41,297 nt of DNA from Acinetobacter phage APK86, in sequence record MZ936314.1; one strand, written 5' to 3'. Under the pieces are notes generated by a model, which had not been told where the DNA came from, made no database searches, and saw nothing but the letters and a program-made list of their open reading frames with translations. The position numbers were made by a program, and so were the translations under genes. Shown here in pieces: positions 25,614-35,159 of the stretch. Each line of letters begins with the position of its first letter. Position 1 is the first letter of the stretch.

Positions 25614-26174
25614 ATGACTCTACTTGAAGCTGTAAATGCTATCCTACCTTATTTAGGACAGCATGTTATTACGCGTGTAGAAGATTCACGGAACCCTACA
25701 GTATCTCGTATCGTTGCAGCTATTGATCGACAACGTAAGAGTGTACTTGCAGAGGGTCATTGGTTTAACGAAGTTCCTAATAAGGTACTATTGTTAAATA
25801 CAGACAAGACAATTGATGCACCACTTAATACATTAGCTATCTACGGTAATACCAAACGTGTAGCTAAACGTGGTCCTAAACTTTATGATATTGATAATGA
25901 CACACGGTACTTTACTGGACCTGTCACAGTTAAGGTTATCTATGATTATCCGTTTGATGAGCTACCAGAGTACGCTGCACAGTACATTACGTATTTAGCA
26001 GGTATTGAAGTGTATGTTTCTGATTATGGTTTAGAGAACTCTATACAACTTATGACAGAACGTAAAGAAGCTAACCGTTTACTACTAGTTCAAGAGAATA
26101 TGCGTAATCGTAAATGGAATAGTAATGATGCAGCTATGCGTCGTAGTCGCTTCCAACGATATTTAAGACGATAG
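25614..26174 (+). CDS. Tail tubular protein A
   Basis: 186 aa counted from the ATG at 25614, which follows an AGGAGG ribosome-binding site. The supplied track starts at 25512. Size and position correspond to T7 gp11. Confidence 0.65.
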   Translation: MTLLEAVNAILPYLGQHVITRVEDSRNPTVSRIVAAIDRQRKSVLAEGHWFNEVPNKVLLLNTDKTIDAPLNTLAIYGNTKRVAKRGPKLYDIDNDTRYFTGPVTVKVIYDYPFDELPEYAAQYITYLAGIEVYVSDYGLENSIQLMTERKEANRLLLVQENMRNRKWNSNDAAMRRSRFQRYLRR

Positions 26175-26182
26175 GAGTTATT

Positions 26183-28474
26183 ATGATTCTTGAGGGAGTG
26201 TACCCGTCATTCTTGAAAGGTGTATCACAGCAAACACCTCAAGAGCGTAGTGACGGACAATTAGGCGCACAGCTTAATTTATTATCTGATGCTGTAACAG
26301 GTTTACGTAGACGTGGTGGGGTTAAATTCCAAACCAAGTTAGCAGGTATTCCTAATAGTAGCTATATACGTTTAATTGACATCAATGGTGTTAATTACAT
26401 TATGATCGTAGATACGGTTACAGGTACTTTAAAGATTTATAATTTTGAGGGTTCCTTACTTAAAGCACATCAAACAGATTATCTTAAAGCCTCCAATGGT
26501 AAGGCTAGTATCCGTAGTACAGTGTCACGTAATAATTGCTTTGTATTAAACACCGAACAAGTTATTACTAAGACACTTATAGGTGGTACTAACCCAACAC
26601 CTAATCCAAGTACTATGGGCTATATCAGTATTCGTTCTGGTCAGTTCTCTAAGATGTACTCAGTAGACATTAAGTCTGGGACATACTCTGTAAGTTTACA
26701 AGTATCTACGCACGGTACAGATGCAGCATTAGCGTCTCCTGAATATGTTGCTACGAAGTTTATGGAAAACATAACAGCAGACACAACATTAAATAGTCGT
26801 TATGATGTTGTACGTGAGGGCAGTACGGTTGCATTAAAAGCTAAGTCTGCTACAGATACTAACTTATTAGTAATAGAATCTGGTACAGGTAGTACTTATA
26901 TTCAAACTAGTAATTCTAGTCGTGTACAAGGTAAGCAAGACATTATTGCTAATTTACCTAATATCTTAGATAAATATATTATTGCAGTAGGTACAGTCGG
27001 TAATTCGGCTTACTATCAATATAACGCGGAATCTAGCACTTGGAAAGAGTGTGGTGTATATGAAGCACCTTATAAGTTCACTAACGAACCTATTTACTGG
27101 TACTTTGATGATACCGACACTATCCAAGTTAAAAGCTTAGATATTCAACCACGTACAGCAGGTGATGACGATAATAACCCATTACCTAAGTTTGTGGATT
27201 TTGGTATTACAGGTATTAGTGCATACCAATCACGTTTAGTACTACTTAGTGGTTCATATGTTAATATGAGTGCTACAGCAGACTTTAATGTCTATATGCG
27301 TACTACTGTAGAGGAATTACAGGATGATGATCCAATTGAGGTGTCCAGTACTGCTTTGAGTGCTGCACAGTTTGAATATGCTGTTCCGTACAATAAAGAT
27401 TTAGTTTTATTGGCTCAGAATCAACAAGCTGTTATCCCAGCCAATAGTACCGTACTTACACCTAAGACGGCTGTAATCTACCCAAGTTCAAAAGCTAACA
27501 TTAGTATGGCTAGTGAACCACAGGTCGTATCCCGTAGTTTGTATTATACATATCAACGTGGTACAGATTACTATCAAGTTGGTGAGATGATTCCTAATGC
27601 TTACTCAGATGCGCAGTACTATGCACAGAACTTAGCAGACCATATCCCATTATACGCTACAGGTGTTTGTACTTCGATCACAGGTAGTACTACAGATAAT
27701 ATGGCAGTGTTCAGTTCAGATCAGAAAGAGTTACTTGTACATCAATACTTGTGGGCAGGTGAGGATCGACCATTAATGAGTTTCCATAAATGGGCACTAC
27801 CTTATGATGTGCTTCACGTACAATTCCTACAAGAGTACTTAGTATTGTTTATGGATGTTGGTGACGATTTAGTGGTGGGTACTATTAATGTACAGTTAAA
27901 CCAACTAGACAATAAACCTATGCCATTTTTAGATATTTATCAATACGTAGATATTGTGGACGGTGAGGGAACATTACCAGAGTTCTTACCTGATGGTGAG
28001 CTAGTGGCTGCTGTATACAGTTCTGAGACCATGCGTCACGCTATGGTCCAATATGAAATCGAAGGTACTAAGATTAAGTGTCAATTCAATGGACGTATTT
28101 ATCTAGGTGTACCTTATGAAAGTTCACTCACACTAACACCGCCTTTTGTTAAAGATGATAAAGGTCGAGTAGTTGCTGGTAGTAACAGTACAGTTGTCGA
28201 TCTTACAATGACATTCAAAGGTACAGGTGAGTTTGAGTACCATGTTTCTGATGCTTATGGTGATGTGTTTGATGGCGAAACGTCTGCACAAGCTTGGTCA
28301 GAAGCACAACTAGGGTATACGCGAGTAAACACAGTAAGTGATGTTAAGTTCCCATGTGGTACGCTATTAAGTTCAACAGAATTTAGTCTTAGGACCACAG
28401 GTACGACGGAACTAAATATTATTAGCACTGGTTATAATATTCGTATACCTAATAGAGGACGGAGACGTTTATAA
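26183..28474 (+). CDS. Tail tubular protein B
   Basis: 763 aa. The T7 gp12 equivalent, judged by size and position. Confidence 0.65.
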   Translation: MILEGVYPSFLKGVSQQTPQERSDGQLGAQLNLLSDAVTGLRRRGGVKFQTKLAGIPNSSYIRLIDINGVNYIMIVDTVTGTLKIYNFEGSLLKAHQTDYLKASNGKASIRSTVSRNNCFVLNTEQVITKTLIGGTNPTPNPSTMGYISIRSGQFSKMYSVDIKSGTYSVSLQVSTHGTDAALASPEYVATKFMENITADTTLNSRYDVVREGSTVALKAKSATDTNLLVIESGTGSTYIQTSNSSRVQGKQDIIANLPNILDKYIIAVGTVGNSAYYQYNAESSTWKECGVYEAPYKFTNEPIYWYFDDTDTIQVKSLDIQPRTAGDDDNNPLPKFVDFGITGISAYQSRLVLLSGSYVNMSATADFNVYMRTTVEELQDDDPIEVSSTALSAAQFEYAVPYNKDLVLLAQNQQAVIPANSTVLTPKTAVIYPSSKANISMASEPQVVSRSLYYTYQRGTDYYQVGEMIPNAYSDAQYYAQNLADHIPLYATGVCTSITGSTTDNMAVFSSDQKELLVHQYLWAGEDRPLMSFHKWALPYDVLHVQFLQEYLVLFMDVGDDLVVGTINVQLNQLDNKPMPFLDIYQYVDIVDGEGTLPEFLPDGELVAAVYSSETMRHAMVQYEIEGTKIKCQFNGRIYLGVPYESSLTLTPPFVKDDKGRVVAGSNSTVVDLTMTFKGTGEFEYHVSDAYGDVFDGETSAQAWSEAQLGYTRVNTVSDVKFPCGTLLSSTEFSLRTTGTTELNIISTGYNIRIPNRGRRRL

Positions 28475-29148
28475 TGGCTATGAATATGCAAGGTGGTATG
28501 CAGGGTGCCCAAACAGGTGCATCTATCGGGAGTAACTTCGGTCCTTACGGTGCAGCCTATGGTGGTATTATCGGAGGTGTGTTAGGGTTATTAACCCCTG
28601 ATAAGGATTTGTCAGCCTTAAAAGCATACAATAAACAAGTGGTAACTAACTTAGGTTCTACGTTATTCGATATGGATCGTCAACGTAACGTGGAGAACTT
28701 ACGAACATCTCAAGCTCTTGACTCTTATCGGACACAGGGTCAAGTAGCTGCTTCTCAATTTAACGCAGCATTCGGTGCAGCAGATATTATTGGTGCAAGT
28801 GCAGATGCTCTTAAGAGTACTTTAGACCGTCAAGTTCAACAAGCGACACGTCAAGTATGGTTAGATTGGGAAGTTGGTGTGGATAACTATAACACTCAAA
28901 TTAATGAGGTTGTAAACCGTGCAGCAGGTTCTTTACGTCGTAGTAAAGTGGAGACAGCTAAAGTAGATTATGCAGGGATGTTTAAACAGGGTATGGATAT
29001 GTACCAACAATACAAAGGTGGTTCTAAAGGGACTACTAATACAATGAGTTCCACAGGTGGTGGTTTATCTGGATTATCTGATTTCGGATCATTCGGTAAA
29101 TCTGGTTCTGCTATAGGCACAAGTTCAGCAGGATCATTAACAGCGTAA
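28474..29148 (+). CDS. Internal virion protein A
   Basis: 224 aa, Gly/Ser/Gln-rich. First of three internal virion (core) proteins by position. Confidence 0.55.
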   Translation: MAMNMQGGMQGAQTGASIGSNFGPYGAAYGGIIGGVLGLLTPDKDLSALKAYNKQVVTNLGSTLFDMDRQRNVENLRTSQALDSYRTQGQVAASQFNAAFGAADIIGASADALKSTLDRQVQQATRQVWLDWEVGVDNYNTQINEVVNRAAGSLRRSKVETAKVDYAGMFKQGMDMYQQYKGGSKGTTNTMSSTGGGLSGLSDFGSFGKSGSAIGTSSAGSLTA

Positions 29149-29160
29149 TATGGAGGGTAT

Positions 29161-32046
29161 ATGGCTACTCAAATTCAGATGCCAAATGTACGTGATGTAC
29201 AAGTAAGTAATTTACAAGCTATCGAACGTCCAGCAGAAGGTAATGCATTGAGTAGCTTTATGCAAGACATATTACCCGCTGCGGACAAAGCTTTACAAAC
29301 ATATAATAAGGAGAATGCTGATCGTCTTATTGCATTAGGTCGTAGTGATCAAATGAATGACGTACAGCGAGAAGTGAATTGGCTTGATGGTAAATACTAT
29401 AATCAGGGTAAAGAGTACCAGAAATTAGTAGCTACACAAGCACAGCAACTTCAACAGTTCAATGCACGTATTAAAGAGATGGCAGACAATGGTGCAAGCT
29501 CAGATGAGATGTACCAAGTAGGTAAAGAGTACTTAACTCAATACACGGACGCTATTTATAACAGTGATCTCGATGCTGACTTTAAAGAACACCTTTATAA
29601 GGAAGGTTTAAAAGAGAACGCTGTTTATCAGAAAACTATCAAGGACACACAACAACGTGTTGCTATAGATAAAGCTTATCAGAGTACATTAACATTACAG
29701 GCTAACTATGTAAACACATTACGCACTACAGAGTTAAGTGGTGATGAATTAGATGTACTTACGTATTCGTATGTGAATCGTTCTGTAGCTGCTAAGATGA
29801 CTGCTGATCCTAATCTAACATTAGAAGAAGCTACTAAGTCAGCACAGGATGAAATCGCAAGTGCGTTTAAGTTTATCGGGCAGCAAATTGATCCTACAGC
29901 ACAAGGTGCAGATCAAGTGGTAAATAAACTACGTGGTATGGTAGATCATGCTTATACTAAGGGATATGTCGATTTAGATACTCTTACAAGTATACGTAAG
30001 ATTGCTGATGATATTCATGTAGGTATTACTAATTACAATGATACTATGGCTGATCGTCAGGTAACAGAGTATATTGCTAGTGTTGAAGTAGGTGAAATTC
30101 CTTTAGATTCTGATGATTATAATGAGCAGATACATGCTATTTATAGTAACCCTAATTTGAGTGAGGATAAGAAAACAGCTTTGACTCGTCAATTAACTAA
30201 CTCTTATGTAACTCAACATAATAAGGTTATGAATGCGGATATTGATATTAACACTATTGATCAATTCCCTGACATGATTGACTTTATTGCAAGTACAGGT
30301 AAGGGTGAAGATACGTTTGTAAACCTTTGGACACAGAAGCATCTACGAGAAGCTAATGGTGATGTTTTGCAAGGTGGTATGGCTATGATTAACCATGCCT
30401 TCTCAGGTAAGACAGATGTACCAGAATTAGCTAAGAAAGGTGCTGAGTATGCTAGTTCCCAATTTACAGGTTTTATGGGTATGACTCAAGCTGAGGCTGA
30501 GAAAGACCCTTACTATAAGAACCGTGAGCAAGTATTTAATACAATGGCAGGTATGTACCGCAATTATTCACAAACAAACCCAGCACGTGCTGCACAGTTG
30601 CTTGCAGGTGTTCCAGAAGAATATCGTGGAGCAGTAGAGCAGTTATGGCGTAATGGTGGACGTATGACTGATGCTCGTGAATTAGTGCGTAATCCAGTTA
30701 ATCGTCAAGTTCGTTACGAGAACATTGATAAAGCGACAACTGCATTGACAGCCGATACAACTAAATTAGATAAATGGTTTAGTCGTGGTCATGGTGGTGG
30801 TTTCTGGAATAGTCAGAAATCTGCTGTCAAAGATTCACAACTCAATGCTATTATAGTTGCTGCTAAAGCTGGTAAGTTCCAGTTAGCACCGAGTACTACT
30901 ACAGCTAGTCCTGAACTTCTTATGGCTAACATGGAGGCTTTAGGTATGCTACAGAAATCACCTAAAGGTTATGCGAGTACTGTATTAACACCTAATGCTG
31001 CTAATGTGGTGAAAGGTATGAAGTCAGATAATGGTGTTCCTTTAAGTTCTGATCTGTTAGGTGTAGTGGTAGATAAGTATCGTCAAGAAATTGCTAAGAG
31101 CCTTAAGACTAGACCAGAGGATATTGTTGTATCTTCTGATGAGGGTGGTACAGGTTTATATTTCCAAGCTTATGACAAAGAAGGTAAGTTAGTAAATGTG
31201 TCAGGTGTTGCAGGTATGCAAGGGGCACAGATTACAATGAACCGTCTACGTAATGATATGGCTAAGGAATATAGTAATCGTGGTAGTAAGCAATTAGCTG
31301 CTACTAAGACTTACTCAGGTGGTTTAGTTACTGGACCTTCAAATACGTTATATGGTGAGAATATGCGTCGCTACGGTGGTGCTATGTCTGGTGGTCGTGC
31401 TAGACCTGTTACTATCAATAGTAATGGTAGTCTAGGTACATTCCCACTTAAGCGTATTGGTGGTGGTACAAGTACCGTTCGTATTCCAGCTAACATGGCA
31501 GGTATGTTCAATGGTAATATCGGATTAGCTAAACAGTTAGTAAGTAACTTCAATACATTCGAATCTTTCGCAACTCAACAATCCTTTGTTAAAGGTGTAG
31601 GTGGTGCAAGTTCGGGTAATGTATATGGACATGGTATTCGCATGGATAAGCACCCTAAATGGAAGGCTAAGTTTGATGCAGTAGCAGGTGATCCACAAGG
31701 TATTATGAAAGTTGAAGCAGACTTCTTCAATGAGTACTTTAATGGTATGGGCAATCGTCTAGCTAAAGTCGGTGTACCTATTCCTACAGCAGCCCCTTAC
31801 CCGCCACAGTATAAACAATCTGTTATGCTGTTAGCAGATGCATGGTGGCATGGTGGTGGTGGTGCAGCAGATACTATTACACGAGCTATGAACGCACCTA
31901 CTTATGCAGATGGATTACGCATTCTTAAAAGTATGCGTATCTATTCAGCAGGTGGTGATACACAAGACAAACGAGAGAAACATCAACGTAACCGTTTCTA
32001 CCGAGACGCATTACGTCAACATTTTACAGCACAAGGTAAACGATAG
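29161..32046 (+). CDS. Internal virion protein B
   Basis: 961 aa, by position and size, like phiKMV gp35 or T7 gp15. Confidence 0.55.
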   Translation: MATQIQMPNVRDVQVSNLQAIERPAEGNALSSFMQDILPAADKALQTYNKENADRLIALGRSDQMNDVQREVNWLDGKYYNQGKEYQKLVATQAQQLQQFNARIKEMADNGASSDEMYQVGKEYLTQYTDAIYNSDLDADFKEHLYKEGLKENAVYQKTIKDTQQRVAIDKAYQSTLTLQANYVNTLRTTELSGDELDVLTYSYVNRSVAAKMTADPNLTLEEATKSAQDEIASAFKFIGQQIDPTAQGADQVVNKLRGMVDHAYTKGYVDLDTLTSIRKIADDIHVGITNYNDTMADRQVTEYIASVEVGEIPLDSDDYNEQIHAIYSNPNLSEDKKTALTRQLTNSYVTQHNKVMNADIDINTIDQFPDMIDFIASTGKGEDTFVNLWTQKHLREANGDVLQGGMAMINHAFSGKTDVPELAKKGAEYASSQFTGFMGMTQAEAEKDPYYKNREQVFNTMAGMYRNYSQTNPARAAQLLAGVPEEYRGAVEQLWRNGGRMTDARELVRNPVNRQVRYENIDKATTALTADTTKLDKWFSRGHGGGFWNSQKSAVKDSQLNAIIVAAKAGKFQLAPSTTTASPELLMANMEALGMLQKSPKGYASTVLTPNAANVVKGMKSDNGVPLSSDLLGVVVDKYRQEIAKSLKTRPEDIVVSSDEGGTGLYFQAYDKEGKLVNVSGVAGMQGAQITMNRLRNDMAKEYSNRGSKQLAATKTYSGGLVTGPSNTLYGENMRRYGGAMSGGRARPVTINSNGSLGTFPLKRIGGGTSTVRIPANMAGMFNGNIGLAKQLVSNFNTFESFATQQSFVKGVGGASSGNVYGHGIRMDKHPKWKAKFDAVAGDPQGIMKVEADFFNEYFNGMGNRLAKVGVPIPTAAPYPPQYKQSVMLLADAWWHGGGGAADTITRAMNAPTYADGLRILKSMRIYSAGGDTQDKREKHQRNRFYRDALRQHFTAQGKR

Positions 32047-32055
32047 GAGGATATT

Positions 32056-35000
32056 ATGGCTGGACTTTTTACAGGAACGCAAGAATCTAAATTGTTACCA
32101 GAGGTTCAGCCTGAACTACCTATTGTTCCTGCTGGTAATGTACCTAAAATTAAACATGTTATAAACACACAGCCACAAGGTCAAGCTGATGAAGTTGACC
32201 TTACTACCGAGACTCAGCAGTTAGAGAGCTTAGAGCGAGAAACACCTCCATCTATATTGGATACAGCTATCGCAGGATTTGCGCCTACTGGACGAGATTG
32301 GTTACGTAGTGGTATGGATAAATTAAGATATGACCGTGACCCTAACTTTACACCTGACGAATTTACAGATCAGTTCTTTAAAGATTGGGGTATGCAGCAT
32401 GCAGACGAAGCGGAATACCTTAACAAAGCAGTAAACTATGAAGATTGGAAAAGTCGTACAGAACGTATCGTGTCTAAACGTGAAGATGCTAAAGCATTAG
32501 CAGAGAACCCTATTACAGGTATCGCAGCTAGTCTTATTGACATTGACTTACCCTTAGCAGCTATCCCTTATTTAGGTTGGGCAGCTAAAGGTTCACGTAT
32601 GGCTCAGATGGGTGTACGTGCAGCACAGGCAGCTACAGCAGCAGGTGCAGCTTATGGTGTAAACGTAGCATTAGCGGATCAATCTATTCGATCTGAGGAC
32701 GAACGTTTTATGGATTCCATTACGTTCGGTCTAGGTGCTGGTTTACGTGCTATTAAACCTACACAACATCTTGATGATGCTATCAGTGCTGAACTTAAAA
32801 GTTTAGGTTCTACAGATCATCTTATTGAACCACATGTACAACAATCTTTAGAGGCTGCTAAAGAGGATATTATTAAATCTACATCTATGCCTATTAGTAC
32901 ACCGAGTGGTGCACCTTCCGATATAATTAAAAAACATGGTTGGTTAGCAGAGTTATCTAGTTCTTATGATAAGCTTTACTATTTGACTCAAGGCGATAAC
33001 TCAACACTGGTTAATCGTTTATTAACAGGTGTACATAATAATGGTGATGATGTAGCTACAGCACAAGCAGCTTACTTAAATAACTACTCATGGCGTTTAG
33101 CTGGTTTAGAGAAAGACTTAAGTGATGCTGTAGCTGAAATTACATTGGTTAAACCTAACCCTATTACTCGAAATAATGGGTCATATGGTAGAGCCACACA
33201 AGAAACAATGGAGAAGTTCCAAGAGTCTATGCAACGCTTAGACGCTAAAGTCTTAGAATTAACAGAGCAATTAGGTCAAGTACCTTCTGATGCAACTATC
33301 AAGCAACTTATTAATACTATCGAACCACATCCAAGTATGCAACGTGTTATGCGAACCTATATTGATTCGGGATTTGCTACACGCGTATTAGATGATGCTA
33401 AAGCGGTAGGATTCTTAGAAGCAGAAGGTGCGGATCAGATTGTACGTCGTAGTACTTATATGCCTGTACGTCATAGTTATGATCGTATATTAGATGCAGT
33501 CGAGAATCGTAAGCTAGGTTCATGGGATGATATTGCTCATTTCTATGGCAAGCAGATTACCCGCATCTATCCTGAATTGTTAAACCCTAAAGGCAACTTC
33601 AAATTAACTGAGAAGCAGGTTGGTCAGCACTTCTTACAAACACAACGTGACGCTGCTCGGAATTTATCTGAGGTAGCAACCACAGGTATGACTAAAGAAC
33701 AGATTCATGATGTACTTACCCGTGCAGGTTTAAGTAACGAGGATGCTAGTGGTGTAACTGCTCGTATGTTTGAAGCTTCTAAAGATGCACAAGGTCAGCC
33801 TAAGAACCTACGTAAGCGTATGGATTGGGATTGGAATATGACGTATAAGTCTAGTACTGGTAAAACATTCGGTATGAAAGACCTAACAGATTCTAGTACC
33901 TTTGGTAATCTTGAAGAGTATGCCCGTCGTATGGCTGCTCGTAACGGTCTAGCACAGTACGGTATTAAGTCTGAGGCAGAGTTGGATAACTTACTAACTT
34001 CATACTTAGATAAACTACCTAAAGGGCAAGACCCACAGAAAGCACGTAAGTTCTTTCAAGCGGTACGTGATGACTTATTAGGGCGTCCTATCGGAGAGGC
34101 TGCACCAGAAGCTTTACGCACATCTCAAGCAGTAGCAGATATGATGCTATTAGCTAACTCAGGCTTATACGGTATTATCGACGTAGCAACTCAGGTCTAT
34201 AAGACTGGTGTAGTACGTAGTTTTCCACATATCTACCGTGGTCTAAAGACTGCTGTTAAAGGTATGAAAGGGTTTAGTACTACTGAGGCTAAGACGTTGG
34301 AGGACATATTTACAGGTAAACTTATTGCACCTTCACGATGGAAGAACTTCATGAGTCACTACTCAGATGGTTATTCCGTATCTAACGGTATACATGAGGC
34401 TGCTCAGTACTACAGCCAGAGTACACGTTTCCTAAACTTATCTGAGTATCTTAAACGATTCCAGATTGGTATGTTAATGGGTGTGTATGGTGATGTACTA
34501 CGTGGTGTTGCTAATGGTAATGCTCGTGATATTAAATACATGAAGACTAAGATGAAGGTATCTGATGAACTGCTTAGCGCTATCCAAACTGAATGGAAAG
34601 CTAAGGGTGGTAATATCGACTCTTGGTCTAACGCTACTCGTGTTGCTCTTGAACAGAAGATTTTCAACGAGTCTGATAACCTAGCATTCAACATCCAGAA
34701 GGGTGAGATACCTAGTATCCTTGAGCATAGTACAATGGGTAAGGTTGTCTTCCCATATATGCGTTATGCATTCGCTATGCAACAGAAGGTATTACGTCGT
34801 ACATTAAACCGTGATGGTGCAGTAGGTCTTGCTTTACTCATGGCAGCACAAATGCCAGCAGCTATGTTAGTAGGTGCAGCAATTAACGTGCGTAATGGTA
34901 AAGAACCTGATGAAGACCTTGCTAAGATGACAGTTAAGACTATGAGTGCTTTAGGTTCTTGGAACTACCCATTAGAGATGCTTATTGGAGGTGTAGATCA

Positions 35001-35154
35001 AAGCTCAGTAACAGCTTTAGCTCCGTTAGGTAAGACATGGAATTTTGTGAGTGAATTGGCTACAGGAGAGCCAGACTTAATTACGCTAAAGAAAAACAGT
35101 ATTGCTAACTCAGCAGTATTGTTAGATGCTTTGGCACTAGCTTTTGAGGATTGA
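32056..35154 (+). CDS. Internal virion protein C
   Basis: 1032 aa, by position and size, like T7 gp16 or phiKMV gp36. Confidence 0.55.
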   Translation: MAGLFTGTQESKLLPEVQPELPIVPAGNVPKIKHVINTQPQGQADEVDLTTETQQLESLERETPPSILDTAIAGFAPTGRDWLRSGMDKLRYDRDPNFTPDEFTDQFFKDWGMQHADEAEYLNKAVNYEDWKSRTERIVSKREDAKALAENPITGIAASLIDIDLPLAAIPYLGWAAKGSRMAQMGVRAAQAATAAGAAYGVNVALADQSIRSEDERFMDSITFGLGAGLRAIKPTQHLDDAISAELKSLGSTDHLIEPHVQQSLEAAKEDIIKSTSMPISTPSGAPSDIIKKHGWLAELSSSYDKLYYLTQGDNSTLVNRLLTGVHNNGDDVATAQAAYLNNYSWRLAGLEKDLSDAVAEITLVKPNPITRNNGSYGRATQETMEKFQESMQRLDAKVLELTEQLGQVPSDATIKQLINTIEPHPSMQRVMRTYIDSGFATRVLDDAKAVGFLEAEGADQIVRRSTYMPVRHSYDRILDAVENRKLGSWDDIAHFYGKQITRIYPELLNPKGNFKLTEKQVGQHFLQTQRDAARNLSEVATTGMTKEQIHDVLTRAGLSNEDASGVTARMFEASKDAQGQPKNLRKRMDWDWNMTYKSSTGKTFGMKDLTDSSTFGNLEEYARRMAARNGLAQYGIKSEAELDNLLTSYLDKLPKGQDPQKARKFFQAVRDDLLGRPIGEAAPEALRTSQAVADMMLLANSGLYGIIDVATQVYKTGVVRSFPHIYRGLKTAVKGMKGFSTTEAKTLEDIFTGKLIAPSRWKNFMSHYSDGYSVSNGIHEAAQYYSQSTRFLNLSEYLKRFQIGMLMGVYGDVLRGVANGNARDIKYMKTKMKVSDELLSAIQTEWKAKGGNIDSWSNATRVALEQKIFNESDNLAFNIQKGEIPSILEHSTMGKVVFPYMRYAFAMQQKVLRRTLNRDGAVGLALLMAAQMPAAMLVGAAINVRNGKEPDEDLAKMTVKTMSALGSWNYPLEMLIGGVDQSSVTALAPLGKTWNFVSELATGEPDLITLKKNSIANSAVLLDALALAFED

Positions 35155-35159
35155 TAATT

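Noticed and set aside
31371-32164. ORFs 31371..31553 (−) and 31904..32164 (+)
   Set aside because: They are embedded in, or antisense to, the 961-aa internal virion protein. The + one straddles a gene junction in the wrong frame.
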